Positions 27,278-37,420 of a DNA stretch of 64,000 bases are shown here, one piece after another. This DNA comes from a virus. Taxonomy: Duplodnaviria > Caudoviricetes. Every line of letters begins with the position of its first letter. Within the stretch, counting starts at the first letter, position 1. The notes under the pieces are model-generated. The model saw only the letters and a list, made by a program, of their open reading frames with translations. It was not told the DNA's origin and ran no database searches. The translations under genes were made by a program, and so were the position numbers. The DNA lies in the IMG/VR virus record IMGVR_UViG_3300031998_000011, positions 96,001 through 160,000 of that record; one strand, written 5' to 3'.

Positions 27278-27693
27278 GTAACTATCTCGAACCGGGCCAG
27301 AAAGTCTGGTTCTGGTATCTGCGCTATAACAAGAACGACGTGCTTGAGATCACTGTGATGCATGGCACGGTGCTACAGTCCATCGAAAGCGTGTGGGGCA
27401 AGGATGCCTATGCTATCATTCCGGACGGTGCAGAGGACACAAGCCCGTGCAATGTAAATATCCTGCGTTCCCATATTGCTGAGACCAAGCAGGGCGTCTA
27501 CGAGAGCCTTGTACACGGCCTTGATGATTTGATCTGGGACCTGGAGAAGAACATGGATAGCAAGGTCGATGACCTGCGGGATCAGATCCGGAAGGTCAGC
27601 GCAAAGCTCAAGCAGGCAACTGCAGCCTATGCACACAATCGAGATCTGCTGGAAGGTCTCAGAAAGGAACAAAATGGCAACCAGGACAAGTAA
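27274..27693 (+). CDS. SH3-like/coiled-coil family protein
   Basis: LEPGQKVWFW followed by a long coiled coil. Confidence 0.7.
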   Translation: MSNYLEPGQKVWFWYLRYNKNDVLEITVMHGTVLQSIESVWGKDAYAIIPDGAEDTSPCNVNILRSHIAETKQGVYESLVHGLDDLIWDLEKNMDSKVDDLRDQIRKVSAKLKQATAAYAHNRDLLEGLRKEQNGNQDK

Positions 27694-28075
27694 GCCGAAG
27701 GAATCGGTTCCACGCTGGTACACTCTGATGAAGATTCACGAGAGACTGGCATCGTCTGAGAAACCAAAGATCAAGAAGGGCGATACCGTTTACTGGATCA
27801 ACACGGAGTGCGGCGACTGGTGGAACAAGCACTACGAGACCAATCCTGTACTGTTCCGTGGCACTGTTAAGACGAAACACAGGGACGGCATGGTGCTCGT
27901 TGTCTGGGAACCCAATGAGTGGACAGACGACGAGAACTGCAGCGAAATTCCCATGTCCCCAACGGATCTGTACAAGGATCCGATGAAGTGCATCCAGGAC
28001 TGGCTTCAGGAGAACCGTAAGGAGCTTGAAACACAGCTGCAGATCCTACAGGAGGCAGTCGATGAAAACAGTTAA
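27674..28075 (+). CDS. SH3-like/coiled-coil family protein
   Basis: IKKGDTVYW...LYKDPMKC. Confidence 0.7.
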   Translation: MATRTSKPKESVPRWYTLMKIHERLASSEKPKIKKGDTVYWINTECGDWWNKHYETNPVLFRGTVKTKHRDGMVLVVWEPNEWTDDENCSEIPMSPTDLYKDPMKCIQDWLQENRKELETQLQILQEAVDENS

Positions 28076-29285
28076 AGGTGCCTATGGCGAGGCACTTATC
28101 TACACAGATTTGGTGGACGACAAGAGCATTGACCAGGTCAAGCTCCTGATGGACCAGCCGTTCGTCAAGGGTCAGCAGGTTCGTATGATGCCAGATATCC
28201 ACGCGGGTGTCGGCTGTACGATAGGAACCACCATGACCGTAAACGACAAGATCTGTCCAAACCTCGTCGGAGTCGATATCGGGTGCGGGATGCTGGCCGC
28301 GAACATCGGCAAGGTCGATGTTGACTTCGATAAGTTCGACAAAGCGGTTCGCGCCCTGATTCCCAGCGGTATGAATATCCGCAGTTGGGTGTCACCGGAA
28401 ATGTTCAGGTACATGGAGATGCTGCGTATCGACACATCGCTATGGTGCAGTGACAGCATTGACGTGGATCGTGCCGAGCTGTCCATGGGAACGCTCGGAG
28501 GCGGCAACCACTTCATCGAGCTCAACCGTGCGCAGAGCAACGATGTTGTATGGATGGTCATACATACTGGCTCCCGGCACCTGGGTCTGGAGGTGGCGAA
28601 TTACTATCAGAAGCTCGCCATAAAGGAACTCAAGGGATGCAAGTGGTCCAGTTCGGCAATCATCGAAGAACTGAAGCGCCAGGGCAGGCAGCGCGAGATA
28701 CAGGCGACTCTGCAGAAGATGAAAGCGGAGGCGTGCAATATCCCAGATGCGCTGTGCTACCTGGAGCACGAGTCTTTCCAGCACTATATGCATGATATCG
28801 AGATTGTGCAGAACTATGCAGAGTTCAATCGCGATTGCATCATGTACACACTGTGCGCTGCAATGGGTTGGAAGCCGCGCTTCTCGTTCCATACCAAGCA
28901 CAATTACGTGAGCATATACAGACGCATGCTGCGTAAGGGAGCCGTGTCCGCTGAGTGGGGTGATACGCTTATCATCCCGATGAACATGCGAGATGGCAGC
29001 CTGTTGTGCGAAGGAAAGGGCAACCCGGACTGGAACTACTCGGCGCCGCATGGCGCAGGGCGTGTCATGTCCCGTGTCCAGGCCAGGAACAACATCGACT
29101 TGGGGGACTACGCCCGGACGATGGAGGACGCAGGTATCTGGACTTCTTCGGTCAATCTCGGTACGCTTGATGAAGCGCCACAGGCTTACAAGCCCATGGA
29201 GAGCATCGTCGAGAATATCCAGGATACTGTGAAGATTCTGGATGTCCTGAAACCGATCTACAACTTCAAAGCATCATCGGAGTGA
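28062..29285 (+). CDS. rtcB: RtcB family RNA ligase
   Basis: MPDIHAG, GVDIGCG, GTLGGGNHFIE, HTGSR, HNY, RKGA, HGAGR, DEAPQAYK; GGAGG RBS before ATG 28062. Confidence 0.95.
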   Translation: MKTVKGAYGEALIYTDLVDDKSIDQVKLLMDQPFVKGQQVRMMPDIHAGVGCTIGTTMTVNDKICPNLVGVDIGCGMLAANIGKVDVDFDKFDKAVRALIPSGMNIRSWVSPEMFRYMEMLRIDTSLWCSDSIDVDRAELSMGTLGGGNHFIELNRAQSNDVVWMVIHTGSRHLGLEVANYYQKLAIKELKGCKWSSSAIIEELKRQGRQREIQATLQKMKAEACNIPDALCYLEHESFQHYMHDIEIVQNYAEFNRDCIMYTLCAAMGWKPRFSFHTKHNYVSIYRRMLRKGAVSAEWGDTLIIPMNMRDGSLLCEGKGNPDWNYSAPHGAGRVMSRVQARNNIDLGDYARTMEDAGIWTSSVNLGTLDEAPQAYKPMESIVENIQDTVKILDVLKPIYNFKASSE

Positions 29286-29291
29286 TGCATG

Positions 29292-29326
29292 GAAGTCCCT
29301 GGCCGGAAGGCCGGGGGCTTCTTTTT
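29292..29326. terminator. Terminator between convergent genes
   Basis: GAAGTCCCTGGCC-ggaa-GGCCGGGGGCTTC followed by TTTTT. Confidence 0.75.
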
Positions 29327-29606
29327 ACACTTTAGGTGGACCATACTTGATCAGGCGCTCGATGTCTTTCTTGTCGTAGAACCTGTTGACGTGGCTGATC
29401 TTTATTTCCCGGATCCATCCCTTGTTCACATACCGGCGCAACGTCGGCCGGCTGCATCCAAGCATCCGCAGAGCGGCCAGCGGCCGGATTGTCTCGCACT
29501 CTCTGATATCGAATACGACATCCAGGATCGCCTTGGATTCTGCTTTGGTCACTGTCTTGTCCCATGCGAGAACCCTGCAGATGACCCATTTGGTGATATT
29601 CTTCAT
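29325..29606 (-). CDS. MerR/excisionase-like helix-turn-helix protein
   Basis: PLAALRMLGCSRPTLRRYVNKGWI...RFYDKKDIERL; AAGGAGG RBS on the minus strand. Confidence 0.8.
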   Translation of the reverse strand: MKNITKWVICRVLAWDKTVTKAESKAILDVVFDIRECETIRPLAALRMLGCSRPTLRRYVNKGWIREIKISHVNRFYDKKDIERLIKYGPPKV

Positions 29607-29814
29607 AGAGCACCTCCTTATAGTAAGGAAGAGCGGTCACACAATGGCGCAAGGCTTCGGGGAAGTTCCCATAGCTCTCACCCGGCAGCGGAAAACCATG
29701 CCTCTCCCACCAGCGATGTGCGTCTGCAGGGCCGGTCACTGGTCTTCCCAAGAATCCGGCTTCTCCAAACGGATTCAGCCCCAGGCCTGGATGCCTCCAA
29801 CTGGGGCTCTTTTG

Positions 29815-29886
29815 TTATTCCTCGTAGAACAAGCGGATCAGTTCCTGATAGAACTCGACGGTACCCTGCACATAAGTCTCAATCAT
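29815..29886 (-). CDS. Possible 23-aa peptide MIETYVQGTVEFYQELIRLFYEE
   Basis: AAGGAGG 5 nt upstream of ATG on the minus strand. Confidence 0.4.
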   Translation of the reverse strand: MIETYVQGTVEFYQELIRLFYEE

Positions 29887-29949
29887 AGGAGCCTCCTTGG
29901 TATCTGATGTACTGTAAGCAAGAAACACCATAACAAAGAGGACATTCCC

Positions 29950-30528
29950 ATGAAACATACCGACTTCTTCAACATGATAGTCCAGGAAAGCGGCGTCATC
30001 AAGACAGACGACGAAGGCAACAGCGTTTGCACATCCTGTCACGGTACAGGCAAGCATTACGAAGCATCTGTCCAGCATCATAAGAATTGCGCCTTCATGA
30101 AGGCTGTCAACCAGCTCACGAAACTGATGCCTGACAAAAATGAACTTCAAGTTGAAAATTCGATCACGGTCGGCATGATGCTCCCGTATCTGTCCGAGAT
30201 GTGCCCGGAGGAGATTGAGAAGGCGAAGGATCTGGCCGACTGCATGCAGGCTGCCGAGAACCCGGAGCAACGTGCTCATGTTGCAGACTTGGTCACGTCC
30301 TGGTGCCGGTCGGTGAAACAGGGAATCCTGGCCGCTGTCATCCAGAGCGGTCTGCCGGACAGCAAGGCACTTCTTACGTTCCGCAACTATCTGATCTTCG
30401 AGAAGAGCAACACCAACGAGTCTCTGCGAATCGCCTTGGCGCTGTTGTCGCTGAACAACAACATAGAGGCGCTCCTGCCGACGTTTTATAAGCTGCTGAC
30501 AGGCAAGTACCCGAATTACAAGCGCTGA
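29950..30528 (+). CDS. Hypothetical protein with CxxC..H..C motif
   Basis: CTSCHG...HHKNC; GAGG RBS. Confidence 0.7.
   Translation: MKHTDFFNMIVQESGVIKTDDEGNSVCTSCHGTGKHYEASVQHHKNCAFMKAVNQLTKLMPDKNELQVENSITVGMMLPYLSEMCPEEIEKAKDLADCMQAAENPEQRAHVADLVTSWCRSVKQGILAAVIQSGLPDSKALLTFRNYLIFEKSNTNESLRIALALLSLNNNIEALLPTFYKLLTGKYPNYKR
30137..30159. repeat. 23-bp palindromic site, copy 3 (intragenic)
   Basis: AAAATGAACTTCAAGTTGAAAAT; 20/23 match. Confidence 0.7.
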
Positions 30529-30563
30529 CGCTGGCACTTCTATAAGAATATAGGAGAACTCCA

Positions 30564-32438
30564 ATGCCATCTTATCTTGATTCCCCGCTGATGCGTGGCG
30601 GGCGGATGAATCCGTTCAGGACGTACAGCAACTACATCTACCCGAAGACTATCGACCAGGTTCTTATCTGGGCCGAATGGTTCTGGGAGCGAAACGCCAA
30701 ATATCGCACGTGCATCCAGAAGTGCATCTCGTATTTCGTGTCAGGAATCAATGTTGTGCAGATGGACAAGAAGGAAGCAGCCGACTCCCAGGCCGTCGAA
30801 TCCCTGCACGACATGCTGATCGACGACTACGACCTGCTGAATCTCATCAACACGGTCGGTGTGGAACTGGCCGCAATGGGGAACGTGTTCGTCTCATGCG
30901 AACGCCCGATCAGCCGCTGGCTGTTGTGTCCTGACTGTGACTGGATGATGGCGCTGAAACAGCTGACCAAGGGTGTCGAGTTCGATTGGGACGGCAAGCA
31001 GTTCATAGGTACCTGCCCGAAGTGCGGCCACAAGGTCGTCTACAACATCCACGATGATCCGACTACTGACGAGTATGGTCGTAAGGTCCGATTCATTTTC
31101 CGTGCGCCGCAGGACATGTTCGTCCAGTACAACCGCCTGACAGACTCCTTCCAGTACTTCTACAAGATTCCGGACGACATCAAGAACGCCATCAAGCGCG
31201 GCGAGATGGCTTATCTGCTGAACACTCCGAAGGCGTTCCTGGATGCCGTGCATCAGGACGGCGTGGTCAAGTTCCCTGACGACATGTTCTTCGCGGCCAG
31301 AACCAGAACGCTGACCCCGCTGGATGAACGGTACAAGGGCTGGGGCGTTCCGCTGTTTATGACCAGTTTCGACAACTTCATCAGACTGCAGCATCTGGAC
31401 AAATTCAATGAGGCCGTCACGATGGACTACATCGCGCCGGTCCGTATCATCAGTCCGAGACCGCAGAACATCGCGGCATCTATGCATGATCAGAACCGTT
31501 TGCCCATCGGCGGCGGCCAGTTCATGTCGTTCATCCAGAACGGTATCAAGCGTGTCAAGGACAACCCTACGACCTGGCTGGTCAGCCCGACGCCTGTCGA
31601 GTATCAGCTGATCGGCGGTGAAGCCAAAGAGCTGACACCCGTGGATCTGATGGAATGGTACGTGACCCAGATTCTGTCCGACATGGGTATTCCGCAGGAG
31701 TTCCGCCAGACGACCTTCCAGGTGGTTGCGCCGTCCATGGGCATGCGTATGTTCGAGCGACAGTGGCGTCCGAATACGAAGCCGATGGATGCGTTCACAC
31801 GCTGGGCCGGCGAAAAGATCTGCGACTACGAAAAGATGGCGAATATGCGTGTCACGCTGGACATTACCAGCTTTGTCGAAGACGACATGAACAAGCAGAT
31901 GCTGTTCCAGCTGATGACCGGCGGCCAGATCTCCAAGACGAACGTTCTGAAGACACTCGGCGTGGACTTCGAGGAAGACCTCAAGATGCGCATCAACGAG
32001 ATGAAGAAGGAACGCGAGCAGTTCTCCAAGGAAGACAAGGCGCAGCAGGACCAGGAAATGGTCGGTTCTGTGTTCCCGCCGCAGGGAATCGCCGGTGTCA
32101 TGCAGGCCCAGGGTGTCATGGATGCTCAGATGGCGGCCATGCAGCCACAGCAGCCGGAACAACCGGCCGGTCCGATGGGTGCGGCTCCTGCACCCGCGCC
32201 AGTTCCGGCCAGTGCTACGGAGGGCGGCGGTCAGCCGCTCGGCAGTGTTTGGGAACAGGGTGCGCAGGAGGCGCAGAGACTCTACAATGCGCCGCCTAAT
32301 GTCCGTCGTCAGGAACTGGTCAATATGAAGGCGACCAATCCTGAACTGCATGCGGCTGTCACGCAGCAGCTGCAGAATATGCGCCAGCAGGTAGCATCGG
32401 ATGCTGTTGCGCAGTCTCAGATGCCGCAGCCGCAGTGA
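30564..32438 (+). CDS. Probable portal protein with Zn-ribbon insertion and Pro/Gln-rich tail
   Basis: Helical N-terminus, ELAAMGNVFVS, GWGVPL..., ILSDMGIP; CPDC/CPKC insertion; first gene of the head module. Confidence 0.7.
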   Translation: MPSYLDSPLMRGGRMNPFRTYSNYIYPKTIDQVLIWAEWFWERNAKYRTCIQKCISYFVSGINVVQMDKKEAADSQAVESLHDMLIDDYDLLNLINTVGVELAAMGNVFVSCERPISRWLLCPDCDWMMALKQLTKGVEFDWDGKQFIGTCPKCGHKVVYNIHDDPTTDEYGRKVRFIFRAPQDMFVQYNRLTDSFQYFYKIPDDIKNAIKRGEMAYLLNTPKAFLDAVHQDGVVKFPDDMFFAARTRTLTPLDERYKGWGVPLFMTSFDNFIRLQHLDKFNEAVTMDYIAPVRIISPRPQNIAASMHDQNRLPIGGGQFMSFIQNGIKRVKDNPTTWLVSPTPVEYQLIGGEAKELTPVDLMEWYVTQILSDMGIPQEFRQTTFQVVAPSMGMRMFERQWRPNTKPMDAFTRWAGEKICDYEKMANMRVTLDITSFVEDDMNKQMLFQLMTGGQISKTNVLKTLGVDFEEDLKMRINEMKKEREQFSKEDKAQQDQEMVGSVFPPQGIAGVMQAQGVMDAQMAAMQPQQPEQPAGPMGAAPAPAPVPASATEGGGQPLGSVWEQGAQEAQRLYNAPPNVRRQELVNMKATNPELHAAVTQQLQNMRQQVASDAVAQSQMPQPQ

Positions 32439-32446
32439 GGTTCGTC

Positions 32447-34726
32447 ATGACACTGAAAGAACTCATCAAGACGGCCGCAGGCGAACAACTGGGTAAACCA
32501 AATCAGCCTGTCTGGCAGGGTAACACCAAAATGCCAGAGCAGCAAAAGGTTAATGCGTACGGCTGGACTAACTCTGTTTACACGATGCCTGGTGCCAATG
32601 CCAGCGCAGCGGAGAAACAGGCTTGGTCCAACACTATGCGTGCCGATCTTATGCGCCAGAATCCGAATTTTGATTTCAATGACCCGCAACAGCGCTGGCA
32701 GTGGGATTGGGATGCCGCAAATGAGTTCATCAATGGTTACAGGGAGAGAACTAACGGAAAGTCCGGTTTTAGCTGGATGCCAAGTTTTCAGAATGACCAG
32801 AGTAAATGGGCGATAAACCCTCTTCGGTGGATCACGTTCTACAAAGATCCATATGAACAGCAGCACAGTCAGGCAAACAGCAATCATCCTGTTATTTTCA
32901 ATGCACAGCGCAGCCAGGTACAAGGGGCCCAACAGGATATCAAGCAGGACATCGCGGATATATCTGGTAAGTCGGTAGTTGCTGCATCATGGTCTCCATA
33001 TTTCATGCCAGAAGTCATGGACTATCTGTCAGATGGCAGTTTTGGTAACTGGCAGAATGCACGTGACGTGAACATGCTCCGGCAGGAATATGCCGATGCT
33101 CTGAGAGATGCCGATTATTCACCTGAGCAGATCGCGCAGATGCAGAATGATCTTGGTTACATCACAGGTGGTGATACTGTGCTTGGAAGATCTGCAAGAG
33201 CTGTACAGGACATGGCTCGTGAATGGTTGTTCCGTGGCAGCCTTATTAACTTGGCTACAGCCGGTGGAGGTCAGGCACTCGCAGCTACAAAACCTGTGCA
33301 GGCACTCGCTGCTCTAAAACCCGTGAAGGCGCTTGCTCATGCCTATAATGCTATTGGTGCTCCACTCAACACAGCAAATGCCGGCGCCGTGGGACGCATT
33401 GCAAAGGGCGGTATAAACGGTCTCGCGTCTTTTATACGTAATACAGTTGCAGGTTCTGTTCCTACAGCTGCTGCTTCGTATGGTGTGAGATCCCTTGCAG
33501 ATTATGGGGAGAATCATGATGGTACAATTCATGATGTACTCATGACAATGGGTCTGAACACCCAGAGGCAGCAGTCAGCAGCCGCAAATTGGATGTTTGG
33601 TACGGGCGCAGAAGCTGAACGGGACTATGGTCGAGCAATCGCATATACGGAAAACGGTGAAAAGCGTTATTTCGATACACCTGATGGTAGCTCTACATGG
33701 CTGCCGATGTTCGACCAGAACGGAAACATAAGTCAGGATCTGAATGATTATCAGTTGTATCAGACATGGGCTGAAAAGAGCAAGCTGGACCCGAACGATC
33801 CAGAAACACAGAAGAAATATGTACAGTGGTATACCAGAAACGGTACACTGGATTCCACCATTGTATTCACGCCTATGTTCCGAAGCATGTCACCGGAAGA
33901 TCAAGTTGAATGCATGAATAACATGCTGAAGAATCGCAAGTTATGGAACTCCAAAGCAGGCGTCACGATTGACGAACTTCTGTCTGGCGATTCTCGTGCA
34001 GATATGTTTGCCAATGCTCTGCGTAACGACAAAGATGGTTCTATGCATCAGTTGTTCCAGGACTTCCTGATGGGTACTGATTCCGAGACTTTTGCCAAGT
34101 TCCTTGGCGCAAATGCAGGTTCTGGGACAGGTTCCGCGAAGAGTGCTAGTATGGACCTTATTTATAAGGAATTAGAGAACGGAATTGTCGGTCGCATTGT
34201 AAATAATCCAAATGAGGCACCTGGTACGATCAGCGCGTTGCTCAAGCTGAAAATGGCTGAGAACTCTGGTAACATTGACACGAACTCCCAGGGTGCACAA
34301 GTTGTGAAGAAAGCACTTATGACAGCGCTGGCTGACAAAGACACCATACGTAACATGGATCCGAACAAGCGTATGGAACTTACGGCTATGCTCTATCGCT
34401 TGAGTAAGACACCGGGAGGCATGGAGTCGCTTGGTGATGACGGTTTGGCTATGGCAAAGCAGATTGAAGAGAATTTGCAAGAGAACCTGTGGAAAACTGT
34501 CTGGAGCGATCCAATACATAACCTGCCTTTGGTATTCTCCATGATGACTTCTGCCGCAGGTTTTGATGGCATCTCCGAGGCGGCATCAAATCCTTGGACA
34601 TTCTGGCTTGGAGCCGCTGCCTTGCTGGCCTGTGGTCTTTTGATTGGCGGTAGTGGTCTGGACGACGATGAAGATGACGAGGAAGACGAGTACGAAGTCG
34701 GTCTTCGCAGGAATCCCTATGCGTGA
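32447..34726 (+). CDS. Large putative internal/ejection protein with C-terminal TM and acidic tail
   Basis: MTLKELIKTAA leader; FWLGAAALLACGLLIGG then DDDEDDEEDE. Confidence 0.65.
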   Translation: MTLKELIKTAAGEQLGKPNQPVWQGNTKMPEQQKVNAYGWTNSVYTMPGANASAAEKQAWSNTMRADLMRQNPNFDFNDPQQRWQWDWDAANEFINGYRERTNGKSGFSWMPSFQNDQSKWAINPLRWITFYKDPYEQQHSQANSNHPVIFNAQRSQVQGAQQDIKQDIADISGKSVVAASWSPYFMPEVMDYLSDGSFGNWQNARDVNMLRQEYADALRDADYSPEQIAQMQNDLGYITGGDTVLGRSARAVQDMAREWLFRGSLINLATAGGGQALAATKPVQALAALKPVKALAHAYNAIGAPLNTANAGAVGRIAKGGINGLASFIRNTVAGSVPTAAASYGVRSLADYGENHDGTIHDVLMTMGLNTQRQQSAAANWMFGTGAEAERDYGRAIAYTENGEKRYFDTPDGSSTWLPMFDQNGNISQDLNDYQLYQTWAEKSKLDPNDPETQKKYVQWYTRNGTLDSTIVFTPMFRSMSPEDQVECMNNMLKNRKLWNSKAGVTIDELLSGDSRADMFANALRNDKDGSMHQLFQDFLMGTDSETFAKFLGANAGSGTGSAKSASMDLIYKELENGIVGRIVNNPNEAPGTISALLKLKMAENSGNIDTNSQGAQVVKKALMTALADKDTIRNMDPNKRMELTAMLYRLSKTPGGMESLGDDGLAMAKQIEENLQENLWKTVWSDPIHNLPLVFSMMTSAAGFDGISEAASNPWTFWLGAAALLACGLLIGGSGLDDDEDDEEDEYEVGLRRNPYA

Positions 34727-34756
34727 CGCACCGGATTTTATACGAGAGGTAAACAA

Positions 34757-35587
34757 ATGAACGACAATCCGATTTCTCCAGCGCTTCAGACATACAAAGA
34801 TGTCACAATCAATCCGGCTGTCAACAGCGCCGCACTTGGCACAATGGCTTTTGGTGCAGGTACGGTTGCCTGGGATCGTCTGATCGAGACAGCAAAGTCG
34901 CTGCTTCGTCGGCCTGTCTCCATGATGTCCGACATGACTCCAGAGGAGTTTGACTGGGAGATGGACGACATCAAGAAGGACAAGAAGCTGCGCTGGCTGA
35001 TCCCAGGTGCACTTGGACTTGCTACAGCCGGCGGCAGTCTGGCTGCATCTTACAGACCGAACGAAGAGCACGGCGGACTGCTTGACTGGAACGGAAAGGC
35101 CAAGCCTCTTAATCAGAATGTGTGGCGCGGTTATATCATGCCAGGTTCACAGAATGTCAAGAAGGCATCGTTGGATAAGCTCGCGAACGATATGTTTGAG
35201 TACGGCGGTTATGTTCCAGAGCTTGACTTCAGCCAGATTGTGAACGTGCCCTATACCAAACAGCAGTTTTTCACCAACGACCCATTTCTGCAGAATCAGC
35301 CTTATGTTCAGAACTTCGGTAAGTCTATCGTAATGGACGCGATGATGCGCAACGGTGCTGTCAATGTTCCTATGGGAATGATCTATGACAGTGCTGTTGA
35401 TAAGTTCAAGCTGAAGTTCAGTTCCGGCGGCATCATGAGCACTGTGGCGAATACCATGCTGTCCAATGCGGCAGCTCGTCTGTTCACGACAGCTCTTGGC
35501 GCAGTGACTGGTCTGTCCAAAGAGAATCAGGACAGACTGGTGGAAGCCGGAACATGGGCTGGAGCCATTTCATCTGTCATCAGCTAA
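34757..35587 (+). CDS. Putative virion protein with hydrophobic Gly/Ala helices
   Basis: Internal VKKAS and LDKLAN motifs. Confidence 0.7.
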   Translation: MNDNPISPALQTYKDVTINPAVNSAALGTMAFGAGTVAWDRLIETAKSLLRRPVSMMSDMTPEEFDWEMDDIKKDKKLRWLIPGALGLATAGGSLAASYRPNEEHGGLLDWNGKAKPLNQNVWRGYIMPGSQNVKKASLDKLANDMFEYGGYVPELDFSQIVNVPYTKQQFFTNDPFLQNQPYVQNFGKSIVMDAMMRNGAVNVPMGMIYDSAVDKFKLKFSSGGIMSTVANTMLSNAAARLFTTALGAVTGLSKENQDRLVEAGTWAGAISSVIS

Positions 35588-35597
35588 GGAGACTTTT

Positions 35598-35939
35598 ATG
35601 GATATTCAAACTGTAAAACAGGCGATGGAAAAGCGGGCCGGCGTTGGTCTGATGGCGGTTGCCAAGAGTGTTCTCGGCAGCCTCGGCGCTGGTTCCGACG
35701 CCATGACCAACACAGCCCTGTATCTGCTCGGTGCTGCAGCTCTGGCCGGTGGTGGTATCGGCGCATTTGGTGCTGACATCACGGCACACGGTAAGCAGGA
35801 CGAGGATACGGTAAAGAAAGAGTACGAGAACGAGCGTCTGAAAGCGGATGTCGGCTATGTCGCCAGCCGTCTGGAAGACGAGTGGAATCGTTCCAAGACC
35901 GCAACCAAACCGAAAGCCGCGAGAGTTCTGAATGTCTGA
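35598..35939 (+). CDS. Small glycine-zipper protein with K-x-A leader
   Basis: MDIQTVKQAMEKRAG; LLGAAALAGGGIG. Confidence 0.75.
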   Translation: MDIQTVKQAMEKRAGVGLMAVAKSVLGSLGAGSDAMTNTALYLLGAAALAGGGIGAFGADITAHGKQDEDTVKKEYENERLKADVGYVASRLEDEWNRSKTATKPKAARVLNV

Positions 35940-36393
35940 CAACGCCGACGAACCGATCTGCATAAGCGCTGCACAGGCGCGACTGCTCACAGAGGATGAT
36001 CTGCCGGGTCGAGAGAAAGAAGACGAAGGCGATATCAAGCTGAGCAACAGCGACAATCTGTGGGCATACAGATCAGAGCACCAGATACAGGATGTGCAGG
36101 TCAGACAGTCTGACTGGGATCTGCCCATCCCTGATGATGAAACACTGGCCAAGGCTTTCCGCCTGCACTCCGTACCGCATTCCGAGATGTTCTGGATGTC
36201 ACCAGATGACGAAGAGTCTATGGCAAAGTACAACCAGATTCTCCAAGCCGCCTATGACGGAAAGATTATCATAGTAGACGAACAGAAACAATACGACCAG
36301 AGCAAGGGCAAGTTTTTGGTGTGGCTCCGTTACGACGATGTCGCCTGGGAACTCCACCCGCGCTATGAGTTTATCCGAGAGGAGCGAAAATGA
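35932..36393 (+). CDS. Hypothetical acidic protein
   Basis: Overlaps both neighbours in the operon. Confidence 0.65.
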   Translation: MSDNADEPICISAAQARLLTEDDLPGREKEDEGDIKLSNSDNLWAYRSEHQIQDVQVRQSDWDLPIPDDETLAKAFRLHSVPHSEMFWMSPDDEESMAKYNQILQAAYDGKIIIVDEQKQYDQSKGKFLVWLRYDDVAWELHPRYEFIREERK

Positions 36394-37412
36394 GTGGTCC
36401 AGCCGCAGCGTGGGGTTCCAGCCCACTTGGCTCTTACTGGAATACGGCGAATCCGCTGTCCCAAACCTTCCAGCTTACAGATCGTATCCCGGAAGGCTGG
36501 GTCAAGATGTTCCCAAACACAGAAGGCGGACGTCGTGCTGCCCATATCACATTCAAATCCGGCTTTGATGCTGCGCTTGGTGCAGGACTGATTGCCCTGT
36601 ACCGCTATCTGTCGCATGTGAACCGCATGTCGGAACTTGCCAAGAGCGACAATCCGGCGCATGGTATGAAGTCACAGCTGTCCACGACGTTTGCCGGTTC
36701 CCTGAATCCTGAGAAGCAGAAGAAGAAAGCTGCTGTAACTGAACTTGAGCAGCCCAACATCTTCAGCAATGCGAACGTTCTCAGCTCTGCCATTCCCGTT
36801 GGGGCTGTTCTTCTGGCTACCAGCCTGGCGTACAAGGCAACCGATGACTATCTTGACAAGAAGCGCAATAAAGCGCTTGATGATGCTATCCGCAGCAAGG
36901 AGAACATCCTGAAGCGGCTTATCAAGACACGTTCAAGACTCGCCAAGGGTAATGCCACGGATCGCGAGGTTTCCACTGCTCTCGGCAGCATGAATAATGA
37001 TGATATCTACGTGAAGCAGGCCAACATGGAAAAGCATGCCAACTGGCTCACAGAGGCTATCAGTGATGTGAGTCGTGGCGGTATCAATGCTCTTGGTCTT
37101 CTTGGGTGCCTGGTTCTCGGTGCATCGGCGGTCGGCTCTTATTACTACTTCAGCAAGGGCGACGAGAACAACATTCGGTACAGAGCCATGAAGAAAGGTC
37201 TCAAGGAGTACTCCCGTGTGAAGTCCGGATTCACGCCAGTTGCTATCATTCCGACCAAGTCCCGCAAGTTCTTCGCAGAGATCGACGAGGAGACTCCGCA
37301 GCGCAAATCAAAACAGACAGAAGCAGTAACAGAACCGGCGCCTGTGAGTGTCCGGGATGAACAGCCTGTTCTGACTGAAACATATAACAAACCAATCTCA
37401 TTAACATTGTGA
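36390..37412 (+). CDS. Putative virion membrane-type protein
   Basis: Three hydrophobic segments separated by KKKAA and VKQANMEKHAN. Confidence 0.7.
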   Translation: MSGPAAAWGSSPLGSYWNTANPLSQTFQLTDRIPEGWVKMFPNTEGGRRAAHITFKSGFDAALGAGLIALYRYLSHVNRMSELAKSDNPAHGMKSQLSTTFAGSLNPEKQKKKAAVTELEQPNIFSNANVLSSAIPVGAVLLATSLAYKATDDYLDKKRNKALDDAIRSKENILKRLIKTRSRLAKGNATDREVSTALGSMNNDDIYVKQANMEKHANWLTEAISDVSRGGINALGLLGCLVLGASAVGSYYYFSKGDENNIRYRAMKKGLKEYSRVKSGFTPVAIIPTKSRKFFAEIDEETPQRKSKQTEAVTEPAPVSVRDEQPVLTETYNKPISLTL

Positions 37413-37420
37413 GGACAATC

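Noticed and set aside
29325-29606. Excisionase as evidence of a prophage
   Set aside because: No integrase, att site or host genes in the window; the fold is also common in regulators.
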